This document shows positions 24,918 through 40,099 of a stretch of 64,000 nt of DNA, one piece after another. The notes under the pieces are model-generated. The model was not told the origin of the DNA. It ran no database searches and was given only the letters and a program-made list of their open reading frames with translations. Each line of letters opens with the position of its first letter. Position 1 is the stretch's first letter. The translations under genes and the position numbers were made by a program. Origin of the DNA: the human T2T-CHM13v2.0 reference genome, Homo sapiens. Location: assembly GCF_009914755.1 (NCBI RefSeq), contig NC_060936.1. The stretch is one strand, 5' to 3'.

Positions 24918-25795
24918 TAGTAGAAACGAGGTTTCTCCATGTTGGTCAGGCTGGCCTCGAAATCCCAACCTCAGGTGATCCACCCTCCTTGGCCTCCCAA
25001 AGTGCTGGGATTACAGGCGTGAGCCGCTGCGCCTGGCCAAACTAATTACTATTAATGGTCTTGTGTTTCTTTCTAAATGTATTATATGCATATACAGATG
25101 CATGCATATTTCCTTTAATATAAATAGCAGCATAATATTTACACTGTTCTGTATCTTTTTACACTTAAAAATAACATATCTTGGCAAATATTCTGTATCA
25201 ATACATGTAGAGTTACTTCGTTCTTTTCAACAGCTGTAAAACATTCTGTTGGGGAGATACTGGGAAGAAGATGAACTGAAAAGGGAGAAATTTATTAACA
25301 ATAATACATAGCATTTCTCAGGCTCTGTTTTCTATGCATAAAACTGTAAGACTCCTAACCCCCATGCAAAGCCCATGCGTGCGTGTTCTCTCAGCCTACA
25401 ATGGGGAGATATTCAGGTGCACTCTCCGATGTGCCAACACACAGAAAGGTTCAAGCCGTGCAGGGTAGTCCTTTCCCCATCACGTCTCATAAAAACTTCT
25501 GTGTCAAGTCAAAAGAACTTACTCGGCCGGGTGCAGTGGCTCATGCCTGTAATCCCAGCACTTTGGGAGGCTGAGGCGGGCAGATCACTTCAGGTCAGGA
25601 GTTTGAGGCCAGCCTGGCCAACATGGTGAAAACTTGTCTTCTAAAGATACAATAATTAGCCGGGCGTGGTGGCACGTGGCTGTAGTCCCAGCTACCTGGG
25701 GGGCTGTAGAATTGCTTGAACCGGGAGGGGGAGGTTGCAGTGAGCTGAGATCGAGCCACTGCACTCGAGCCTGGGAGACAGAGTAAGATGTCTCC

Positions 25796-25829
<34 letters not shown>

Positions 25830-26581
25830 AACTTAGTTCTGGTTTCAACATGATACATAAACTCTTCAAATCTGAGCGAGTAGCAACATGCAACATTCAG
25901 AATTGGCTTTGTCCTACAGTAACTAAGTGATTCCTTAGAATAAGAACCTTCTTAGAAGGCTCCTGATCTTTCATGCAAATAGACCTCTGGTGGGCCCTCT
26001 CTAGCTAACCTCCCAACAGTCCCATTAGGGTCTCAATCCATTTAATGAAACGGTAACCATTGGCTCAAGATGAGTGATTCCAGTCTTCCCTGCCATCCCC
26101 TAAATACACACAATGAGGTGCTCCTGTAGAGTCAGCGCACCTCCTGTAAGCCTCATTGGCAGGCATGGAGAAAAGAGACTTCCATTAATGGACACCAAAG
26201 TTGGTGTTATTGCTCTCACTTACAGCTGAGGAAAGTGAGGTTAAGTACTAGCTAAGGAAAGAAGTGGGGCTGAAGTATTCATACAGGGGACAGTTATTAG
26301 TCTTCTGTTCCCACAAACTGCCTCTCCAGGGCTGGAGAACCCCTGTCTATCCACAACCATTCCAAGCACAACCTGTATTCACACTCCTATTAAATTATAA
26401 GTTTATCATGTACAGCTGTGTGCCCTTGGGCACTATGCATGTTTGATCATTCATTCATTCAATAAATATTCATCCCAGCACTTTGGGAGGCCAAAGCAGG
26501 TGGGTCACTTGAGGTCAGGAATTCAAGACTAGCCTGGCCAACATGGCAAAACCCTGTCTCTACTAAACATACAAAAATTAG

Positions 26582-26716
<135 letters not shown>

Positions 26717-26776
26717 TAGGGATGGTGGCGGACGCCTGTAATCTCAGCTACTGGGGAGGCTGAGGCAGGGGAATCA

Positions 26777-27156
<380 letters not shown>

Positions 27157-27199
27157 TTAAAAATATATATAAATAAAAATAAATAAATAAATAAATATT

Positions 27200-27540
27200 T
27201 ACTGAGTCCTGGCCATTGAGCCCAGGCATGCTTTCTCCTGGGGCTTTGTCCCAAAAGAGGCACAACTTGAAGCTTTCAACATGTAAACAAGTAGGTAAGT
27301 AAGATATATACAGTTAGCAATAAATTCTCTGGAGGAGAGGAAGGGTAAGGTGATAAAGTGTAACTAGGAAGAAGAGGCTGTTTTAGATAGAAGGGCCAGG
27401 AAAGGGCTCAAAGAAGGTGACATTCCAGCTGAAGCCTGAAGTGTGGGAGGTAAGAAGGAACCAGTCATGCAAAGACTGAGGATAAGCATATAGGCACAGT
27501 GTACAGCAGCTGCTGGACCTGTTTGGCTCATTTCAGCATA
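27200..27540 (-). mobile_element. L2 fragment
   Basis: 'ggctgttttagatagaagggccaggaaagggctc...gaaggtgacattccagctgaagcctgaag...aaggaaccagtcatgcaaag'. Confidence 0.6.
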
Positions 27541-27808
27541 GCACAATGTGTCACTCAAAATATACCTTTCAAATAAAAATGAATCCACATTGCTTTGCCA
27601 AGGACTAAAACATATTTTAAGGCCAAGTATTACCATAAAATTTTACTTAAAATATATTGAAATAGGCTGGGCGCAGTGGCTCATGCCTCATGCCTGTAAT
27701 TCCAGCACTTCGGGAGGCCGAGGCAGGTGGATCACCTGAGTTCAGGAGTTCAAGACCAGCCTGACCAACATAGGGAAACCCCATCCCTACTAAAAATAAC
27801 AAAAATTA

Positions 27809-27973
<165 letters not shown>

Positions 27974-28940
27974 TTATTTATTTATTTATGTATTTTGAGA
28001 TGTAATTTTGCTCTTTGTTGCCCAGACTAGAGTGCAATGGCACAATCTTGGCTCCCTGCAACCTCCACCTCCTGCCTCCCGAGTTCAAGTGATTCTCCTG
28101 CCTCAGCCTCCCAAATAGCTAGGATTACAGGTGTGCACCACCACACCCAGCTAATTTTGCATTTTTAGTAGAGATGGGTTTTCACCATGTTGGTCAGGCT
28201 GGTCTCGAACTCGTGACCTCGAGAGATCCACCTGCCTAAGCCTCCCAAAGTGTTAGGATTGCAGGCATGAGCCACTATGCCCAGCATTACATTATTTTAA
28301 TAAATTTTTTAATGTGTATTATAATGATAACCTTGGCTAGGCCAGATGGCTCACACCTATAATTCCAAGCACGTTGGGAGACCAAGACATGCAGATCGCT
28401 TGACCCCAGGAATTCAAGACCAGCCTGGGCAATATGGCAAAACCCCATCTCTATAAAAATTTTTTAAAAAATCATTAAAAAAAATATATATATATAAGTG
28501 ATTATCTCTATTTGATATTGACTGAGTCAGCATAATATATTCTTTCACGATCCTATGATATGTTGAACTCTGTGTGATAAAATAGTGATGCAAAGAAAGT
28601 TTATTTAAAAATGAATGCTGGGGCCAGGCATGGTGGCTGACACCTGTAATCCCAGCACTTTGGGAGGCCAAGGCGAACGGATCACTTGAGGTCAAGAGTT
28701 TGAGACCAGCCTGGGCAACATGGTAAAACCCCATCTCTACTAAAACTACAAAAATTATCCAGGCATGGTGGTGCATGCCTGTAGTATCAGCTACTTCAGA
28801 GGCTGAGGTAAGAGAATAGCTTGAACCCGGAAGGCAGAGGTTGCAGTGAGCCAAGAGCGTGCCACTGCACTGCAGCCTGGGTGACAGACTGAGACTCTGT
28901 CTCAAAAAAAAAAATTTTTTTTTAATGAGTACTGGGTTGA

Positions 28941-29258
<318 letters not shown>

Positions 29259-29692
29259 TAGGTGTGAGCCACCGTGCTGGGCCCCAGACTCTCTTTTAAA
29301 CCAACTTTATGTTTTGGGACCAGCCAGTTAACCTAAGTTAGGCAACCTGGTTTTCCTTTTTGAGCAGCATCAACAGCTTGGGATAGATCAGCGATTTTTG
29401 AAACAGTTCTATGATGCCTTTGGAGGGCCAGATGCAAGGCACAGTCTCAGTTACCTTCCCCACTACGGTAGCTTTCCTGTGTTTTATATGTTGACATTTC
29501 ATGTGACAGTCTGTTGTAGGAATATGTTCCACTGGTTAAAAAAGAAAAAGATTTGAAAACCACTGGATCCTCAAATTTCCTTCTGTAATACAAGATATGG
29601 ATAGAATTGTGAAGAATTTTTTTCTGTTTTCTTAGAATTCCTTACAAACTATATGTGTACATCATATTTGAGACAACTCAAGAATAATATGA

Positions 29693-29895
29693 AATATGGG
29701 AGCTAAGCTATGAGGATGCAAAGGCATAAGAATGATACAATGGACTTTGGGGGCTACACATTGAGTACAGTGTACACTCCTCGGGTGACGGGTGCACCAA
29801 AATCTCAGAGATTACCACTAGAGAACTCATCCATGTAACCAAAATCCACCTGTTCCCCAAAAACTATTGAAATAAGAATAGTTAAAAAAATAATA
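29693..29895 (+). mobile_element. L1PB (L1PB1-like) 3' end fragment
   Basis: 'gggagctaagctatgaggatgcaaaggcataagaatgatacaatggactttggg...gggtgcaccaaaatctcagag...aactattgaaataa'. Confidence 0.85.
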
Positions 29896-30030
29896 ATTTC
29901 ATTGACCAGCAAAAGAAAAGAATAACATGAAATAAAGTGAATTGGCCGGGCGTGGTGGCTCATGCCTGTAATCCTAGCACTTTGGGAGGCTGAGGCGGAT
30001 GGATGACCTGAGATCAGGAGTTCGGGACTA

Positions 30031-30273
<243 letters not shown>

Positions 30274-31502
30274 TCACTTGAATGAATGCAGAAAATATAT
30301 TTACTTTTAATATAAATATGACATTTTCCTCCAAGAACACAGAACATTAACCAAAGTTCCTTGCCCTTTCAATTAAAAAAAATGTAATTGTTTCTGATTT
30401 AAATTCTACTTGTTCTATCAGAATTGTTGAGAATATTCTACACACATTCGAATGGACTTCTTTTCTCCTTTCAAAATACTGACAATATTTAACAATAAGG
30501 AAGGAAATGCCAATCTGGCAAAATGCGGGATGTGAAAATGGTGCTATGGGCATGAGAAAACTCCTACTATTAAGTTAGCAAGTTTCGAGTCCTTTACAAA
30601 AAGAAGAACTGACTTATTAATACCAGCTTTGCTTAGTCATGTCATTTTTTTAAAGTTATTTTGCTGTTATGTATTGACTTTTTCGCTGGCATCAACGTGG
30701 GAATCAATGTCACATGAATTCATGTTCATGCTAATTTTTTCTTGTTCTTTTTGTCTTTAACAGCTATCTGAGGTACACAGATGTTATGGATCTGGTAGCA
30801 AAGACCTTCAGTCATTCAAAAAAATTCACACTCCTTTCTTCTCTTGTTTGAAGTACTTAGACTATGCTTCTTTCTTTAGAGTATGCAAGACCATTGTTGC
30901 ATGGTATAGTGCTTCATAATAGGTAGTGAACATATTTAGTAATGAACATGTCAGGCACTCATTGTTATCCCCTGAAAACACTGTGCAGTAAAGTTATTTT
31001 TCCTTGACTTTTCTTTAAATTAAAAAAAAATTTTTCTTTGAAACAGGTCTTGTTCTGTCACCCAGGCTGGAGTGCAGTGGCTCAATCACAGCTCACTGCA
31101 GTTTGACTTCCTGGGCTCCAGCAATCCTCCTACCTCAGCCTCCCAAGTAGCTGGGACCACAAGCACGAGCCACACACACCTGGTTAATTTTTGTATTTTT
31201 TATAGAGACGGGTTTTTACCATGTTGCCCAGGCTGGTCTCAAACTCCTGAGTTCTATGACACTGTGTCCGGCTTGATCTTTGATTTTGGGTCCCCTTGGC
31301 CTGGCAGCCAGGGTCTTCCTAGGGCATCCCTATTTCTGGACCCCAACCTGTCTGCATTCTCTGGCCAAGTCCCTCAAACTCCAGGTCTTTCTGAACTCCT
31401 TCCTTAGCGTCCAGTGACTTCAACATGAGCAAAACTGTCTCAAAAAAAAGAAAAGAAAAGAAAAGAAAAAAAGAAATTCACACTCAAGTATTAGATAGGA
31501 AT

Positions 31503-31852
<350 letters not shown>

Positions 31853-32439
31853 TCATTGTCATTCAATAGTTTTCTGAAGAGTTATGAATACCATGGGATT
31901 TCAGGTAGTTAGAAGGAGATGTTATCCCATTACCAGCTTTCTTAGCATTCTTTTCAAATGCCACCACAGAGAGGGCCATCTTTGCTAAATGAATGTAAGC
32001 TGCCTTTTTCTTATTCAATGAAACTTGCTTACTCATAGCTCACAAAGTTCCTCTGAAGATGATTAGTAAGCAATATTTCAAAGTTTCAGCAAAAACATTG
32101 AAGGAGGCTACCCATGACTATTGAATTCACATTAGCAGTATGAAAAGAAGTCACATTGCCGTATCAGCTAGCCAATGTTCCTGCTAAATTGTTTTTTTCC
32201 ATTAAAAAACTGCTTACACACATAAAGAGAAAGGACTTCACAAAGAAATATAGAATATTAGAGCTGGAAGGGAGCTTTATGATCATCTAAGCCAATGTAC
32301 TTATATAGAAAAAAATGAGGCTATTAAGTTACCAAAGATCATCCAGCTGGTGGTAGATCTCATTTCTCAGCTACAGGCTCTCATAGCACCCTGGTTCCCT
32401 CTTTTCTTTAGAGCATGACACCAGTAACACTTTTCAAAA

Positions 32440-33920
32440 AATTAATACATAATAGTTGTACATATTTTGGGGGTGCATGTGATATTTTTATACATACATA
32501 CAATGTGTAATGATCAAATCAGAGTGATTGGGGTATCCATCTCCTCAAACATTTATTATGTTGGAAACATTCCAATTCTTCTCTTCTAGCTATTTTGAAA
32601 TATATAATATATTGCTGTTAACTATAGTCACCCTACTGTACTATCAAACATAAGATCTTGTTCTTTCTAATTGTACTTTTGTACCCATTCACCAATCTCT
32701 CTTCCTTGTCCCCTGCCCCACTTCTCTTGCCAGCCTCTGGTAACCACCAATCAACTCTCTACCTCTATGAGATCCACTTTTTAAGCTCCCACATATGAGT
32801 GAGATCATGTGGTATTTGTCATACTGTGCCTGGCTCATTTCACTTAACATAATAACCTCCAGTTCCATCCATGTTGCTGCATTTTACAGGATTTTACTCT
32901 TATGTATGGCTGAATAATATTTCATTATATATGTACCATATTTTCTTTAACTATTTATCCATTGGTGGACACTCAGGCTGATTCCACATCTTGGCTATTG
33001 TAAATGGTGCTGCAATAAACATGGGAGTGCAGATAATTCTTCCATACTGTGATTTCCTTTCTTTTGGATATATACCCAGCAGTGGGATTGCTACATGATA
33101 TGGTAGTTCTATTTTTAGTTTTTTGAGGAACTGCCATACTGTTCTGCATAGTGGTTGTATTAATTTACAATCCCACCAACAGTGCACAAGCATTTCCCTT
33201 TTTCCACATCCTCATCAGCATCCATTATTTTTTGTCTTTTTGGTTATAGCCATTTTAACTGGAATGAGATAATATCTCAGTTTGGTTTTGATTTGCATTT
33301 GTCTGATGATTAATGATGTTGAGCATTTTTTCACATATACTTGTAAGCCATTTGTCTTCTTTTTGAGAAACGTCTATTCAGATCTTTTGTTCATTTTAAA
33401 ATCAGATTATCCTTTTTTTTGCTATTTGGTTGTTTGAGTTCCTTACATATTTTGGCTATTAAATATTTTCTCCCATTCTGTAAACTCTCTTTTCATTTTG
33501 TTGATTGTTTCCTTTGCTGTGCAGAAGCTTTTTAGCTTGATGTAATCCCATTTGTCTATTTTTGTTTTTGTTGCCTGTGCTTTTGAGGTCTTACCCAAAA
33601 AGTCTTTGCCCAGACCAATGTCCTGAAGCATTTCCCAATGTTTTCTTCTAGTAGTTGCATAGTTTCAGGTCTTAGATTTAAGTCTTTAATCCATTTTGAT
33701 TTGATTCTTATATATGGTGAGAGATAGGGGTCTAGCTTCATTCTTCTGCATAGGGTTATCCTATGCAGTTTTCCCATCACCATTTATTAAAGAGGCTGTC
33801 CTTTCCCCAACGTATCTTCTTGGTGCCTCTGTCAAAAATGAGTTGACTGTAAATTTGCGGTTTTGTATCTGAGTTATCTATTGTGTTCTGTCGGTCTATG
33901 TGTCCGTTTTTATGCCAGTG
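32440..33920 (-). mobile_element. L1MA-type 3' portion (ORF2 C-terminus and 3'UTR)
   Basis: Minus-strand peptides [49 protein letters not shown] and [28 protein letters not shown]1MA-type 3'UTR. Confidence 0.9.
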
Positions 33921-33966
33921 ATACATCCACTTGTCATTATTTCATTAATGCCTGTCTCCCCCACTA

Positions 33967-34137
<171 letters not shown>

Positions 34138-34485
34138 TCAGGCACGGTGGCACGCCCCTGTAGTCTCAGCTACTCAGGGGACTGAGGCAGGAGAATTGCT
34201 TGAACTCAGGAGGTGGAGGTTGCAGTGAGGTGAATCGAACCACTGCACTCCAGTCTAGGCTAGAGAGGGAGATTCTGTCTCGAAAAAACAAACAACAACA
34301 ACAACAACAAAAACCCTGTCTAGTTTTCCTTGCTGTTTGACAGTACAGTGTCAGATATGTAGTCAGTGCTCAGTAAATATGTGTTGAATGAGTATCAGGA
34401 AACACAGAATAAACTATCGATAAACTATCAATAAACATACAATCAATAGTATACTTAGACTGGGCATGGTGGCTCACATCTGTAA

Positions 34486-34770
<285 letters not shown>

Positions 34771-35498
34771 TAGAGATGGAGTTTCACCATGTTGGCCAGG
34801 GTGGTCTCGAACTCCTGACCTCAAGTGATCCATCCACCTCGGCCTTCCAAAGTGCAGTGATTACAGGTGTGAGCCACCAAGCCCGGCCTTATTTATTTAT
34901 TTTATTTTATTTTATTTTTTTGAGATGGAGTCTTGCTCTGTCACCCAGGCTGGCATGCAGTGGCGCAGGGTCTCAGCTCACTGCAACCTCTGCTTCCTCA
35001 AGTGATTCTCCTGCCTTAACCTTCCAAGTAGCTGGGATTACAGGCACCCACCACAATGCCCAGCTAATTTTGTATTTTTAGTAGAGGTGGGTTTTTGCGA
35101 TGTTAGCCAGGCTGGTCTCAAACTCCTGACCTCAAGTGATCCGCCCGCCTCGGCCTCCCAAAGTGCTGAAATTACTGGTGCAAGCCATTGCGTCTGGTCC
35201 CCCAATTTATTATTTTTTTAAATTAACCAGGTGTGGTGGCACTCGCCTATAGTCCCAGCTACTCGTGAGGCTGAGGTGAGAGGATCATTTGAGCCCAGGA
35301 GGTTGAGGCTGCAGTGAGCTGTGATTGCACCACTGCACTACAGCCTGGACTATAAAGTGAGACCCCGACTCAAAAAAAAAAAAAAAGGAAAAAAGAAAAA
35401 GAAAAAGAAAAAAGAAAAACAACCATAAAAACTTGTATATTTAGTCTGTGGAATAATTGTCAAACTATCATTCACACCTTATATGGACATGCTACTTA

Positions 35499-36090
<592 letters not shown>

Positions 36091-36224
36091 GGAGAACAAC
36101 CGTCTCTGCTTGATCTTGTGTGTATTAATTATAATAATAGGCCGGGCGCGGTGGCTCACGCCTGTAATCCCAGCACTTTGGGAGGCTGAGGCGGGTGGAT
36201 CACGAGGTCAAGAGATGGAGATCA

Positions 36225-36506
<282 letters not shown>

Positions 36507-36509
36507 TCT

Positions 36510-36750
36510 TGAATATTTATTGAGCTCTTACTTTGTGCCAGGCCACGTGCTGGGTGCTTTATTACATTGATTGCTTCATTTAACACTATTACAAGCAAAT
36601 GAGCTGCAGGGACTCTCATTACAATCAGTTTCCAAATGAGGAAACTACAGAATTAGTTAATTGTTCAAGGTTACTCCTGATAAATGAGATCAGGGGTTTG
36701 AACCACTATGTGTCAGGCACTCTAGCCTGTGCCCTTAGCCACTCTGACTT
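36510..36750 (-). mobile_element. MIR
   Basis: 'atttattgagctcttactttgtgccaggc...gtttccaaatgaggaaact...gttaattgttcaaggttac'. Confidence 0.75.
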
Positions 36751-37229
36751 AATATCGTCTATGTGTTTCAACAGTGGAGGCTTTTGAAGAACACCAGATT
36801 GGTTTTTAATAACACAAATAGAAGATAGGAAAGAATTATAAAATCCATTTGTTGTTGGGTATTGTGGTTCACGCCTGTAACCTTAGCACTTTGGGAGGCC
36901 CAGACAGGTGGACTGCTTGAGCTCAGGAGTTTGAGACCAGCCTGGGCAACATGGCAAAACCCCGTCTCTACCAAAAAATACAAAACTTAGCTGGGTGTGG
37001 TGGTGCATGTCTGTGGTCCCAGCTACTTGGAAGGCTGAGGTGGGAGAATGGCTTGAGCCTGGGAGGCGGAGGTTGGTTGCAGTGAGCCGAGATCACAACA
37101 CTGCACTCCAACCTAGGTGACAGAGTGACAGAGTGAGACCCCATCTCAAAAAAAAAAAAAATCCATTTGTTTGTAGCTAACATCAATTTAGCTACCCAGC
37201 TCAAGAAGCGTCTGTCATTAACATCACCA

Positions 37230-37945
37230 ATAGTGAAGAAAGCTGAGATCATATATGCCTCCTGATATAATCCACTGAGGACAAAACATTTCGTGTAGCA
37301 TTTCTGCCCAAAGTGCATGATCAGAACCTAATCATGAGGAAACCCAAATTGAGGGACAGTCTATGAAAGAACTAGCCTGCAGTCTTCAAAATGTCAATGA
37401 TGCCATGCGCCATGGCATGCAACTGTAGTCCTAACTATTTTGGAGGCTGAAGCAGGAGGATTGCTTCAGTCCAAGAGTTCAAGACCAGACTGAACAACAC
37501 AGCAAGACCCTGTCTTATGAAACAAAAAAAAAAGTTACCTGTAATCCTAGCAATTTGAGAGGCCGAGGCAAGAGGACCACTTGAGATCAGGAGTTCCAGA
37601 CCACCCTGGGCAACATGGCAAAACCCCATCTCTACAAAAAAATAAAAATAAATAAAAATAAAGAGTTGATGCTGTGAAGGACAAAGAAAGGCTGAGGAAC
37701 TCCTCCAGATTTAAAGGGATGAAATGGAACCACCATAAAGTGCAATGTATGGTCTTGAATTGGATCCTGGCGAGAAGGGGGTCAAAAGTGCTATAAAGGA
37801 CATATCCGGGGTAATTGGTGATATTCTAATATGAACATTATATTAGATAACAATATTATAACAATAACAAACTCCTCAAATGTGATCATGATACAGTAGT
37901 GATACATATCATCAAAATAGTGAGATATTTAGACATGAAGTCATA
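37230..37945 (+). mobile_element. Ancient L1 (L1MC/L1ME) 3'UTR fragment with Alu fragments
   Basis: 'aacctaatcatgaggaaacccaaattgagggacagtcta', 'aaagaaaggctgaggaactcctccagatt' and 'ttggatcctgg'. Confidence 0.65.
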
Positions 37946-37950
37946 AACCT

Positions 37951-38056
37951 GGCTATTCCGAAGGTAGTGAGTGACCTCAATTGATTGTTCGCAGTCAAAG
38001 ATTGAAATCCTTATTCTCCTCTTTTCCCCCTTTCACTACTGCACTTGACTAGTCTT
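37951..38056 (+). pseudogene. RNY1: Y1 RNA retropseudogene
   Basis: 'ggctattccgaaggtagtgagtgacctcaattgattgttcgcagtc...ctcttttcccccttt cactactgcacttgactagtctt' aligns end to end with hY1. An A-rich tail follows, containing a later Alu. Confidence 0.95.
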
Positions 38057-39697
38057 AAAAAGATAAATAAACATAATAAATATGCTGGGCATGGTGGCTC
38101 ACACATGTAATCCCCACATTTTGGGAGGCTGAGGTGGGAGGATCACTTGAGCCCAGGAGTTCAAGAACAGCCTGGAAAACATGGCAAAATCCCATCTCTA
38201 CAAAAAATACAAAAATTAGCCAGGCATGGTGGCACACACCTGTAGTTCCAGCTACTCAGGGGACTGAGGCAAGAGGATCATTTGAGCCTGGGAGGTCGAG
38301 GCTGCAGTGAGCCAAGATCACACCACTACACTCCAGCCTGGGCCACAGAGCGAGACCCTGTCTTTAAAATAAGTACATAAATAAATAACATAAACTTTAG
38401 ATACTTGATTTCAAGTTTCATAACTTTATAACTTCAGCATATTGCACAGGCAAAGAATAATGATGAAGAAATAAAATAATTTATATACCAGGAGAAATAC
38501 TAATTGAAGCATAGATAGATTTTCAATTTCCCATGAATTTCTTTAATCCTGCCAGCCATTGTCATTTTTAGGAGAGGATGAAAAGCTTTCTTTTTTTAAT
38601 TGTTAGAATTTTATTTATTTATTTTTACTTTTAGTATTTATTTATTTATTTATTTATTTTTGAGATGGAGTTTCAGTCTTTTTTCCCAGGCTGAGTGCAA
38701 TGGCATGATCTCGGCTCACTGCAACCTCCACCTCCTGACTTCAAGATTGTCCTGCCTCAGCCTCCCAAGTAGCTGGGATTACAGGCATGTGCCACCATGC
38801 CCTGCTAATTTTGTATTTTTAGTAGAGACGGGGTTTCACCATGTTGGCCACGCTGGTCTCAAACTCCTGATCTCAGGTGATCCACCCGCCTCAGCCTCCC
38901 AAAGTGCTAGGATTATGGGCGTGAGCCACCTTGCCTGGCCTAATTTTTAGAATTTTAAAATTTTAAATTTTTATTTATTTATTTCATAAACACAGTAAAT
39001 AACACTGTTTAGGTGTTCTTTGGTTTTTCTCAGTCATGTGTAGCATATAGGTATTGCACATATTTTGTTAAATTTATCCTTGAGTATTTCATTTTGTTGC
39101 TATCATGAATGATATTTTAATATATATATTCATTTATTTCAATAGCTTTTGTGGTACAAGCAGTTTCTGGTTACACTGATGAATTGTATAGTTGTAAAGT
39201 CTGAGATTTACGTATCACCCAAGTAGTATACATTGTACCCAATATGCAGTTTTTAAATCCATCATCCCTCTTCTACAACTCCGCCTTCTGAGTTTTCAAA
39301 GTCCATTATATCAATCTGTATGCCTTTGCATACCCATAGTTTAGCTCCCACTTATAAATGAGAATATGTAGTATTTGGTTTTCCATTCCTGAGTTACTTC
39401 ACTTAGAATAATGGCCTCCAGCTCCATCCATGTTGCTGCAAAAGACATTATTCGGTTCTTTTTATGACTGAGTAGTATCCATGGTGTATATATATCACAT
39501 TTTCTTTGTCCACTCATGGGTTGATGGGCACCAATCAACCAATTGGTTGGTTGCATATCTTTGCAATTGTGAACTGTGCAGCAATAAACATGCATGTGCA
39601 GGTGTCTTTTTGATATAATGACTTATTTTCCTTTGGGTAGATACCCAGTAGTGGGATTGCTGGATCAAATGGTAGATCTTTAAGAAATCTCCATACT

Positions 39698-40099
39698 AGA
39701 CATTAAAAGATCAGTGGTTGTCAGGAGTTGTGGGCGGGGAGGGAGGGATGAATAGGTGGAACACAGAGGATTTTTCGGGCAGTGAAAATACTCTGTGTAA
39801 TACCATAAAGATAGATTACATGTCATTATAAATTTGTCCAAACCCATAGAATGTACAACACTGAGAGTGAACTTTAATGTAAACCATGGACTCTGGGTAA
39901 TTATGATGTGTCAATGTAGGTTTGTCAATTGTAACAAATGTACAGGTGGGGGATGTTGACAGTGGGGAGGCTGTGCATGTGGCGGGGCGGGTGGGGGGAT
40001 TGGGGGGCGGGGTATATGAGAAATCTCTGTACCTTTCTCTCAATTTTTCTGTGAACCTAAAACTTGTAAAAATAAAGTCTTTAATAAAATTTAAAAAAA
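39698..40099 (+). mobile_element. L1MC1/2-like 3' end with poly(A) and 16-bp TSD
   Basis: 'aaaagatcagtggttgtcagg...gggcagtgaaaatactctgtg...aaacccatagaatgtacaacac...ctgtgaacctaaaact...aataaa', then an A tail. TSD aagaa(a/c)tctccatact at 39682-39697 and 40100-40115. Confidence 0.8.
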
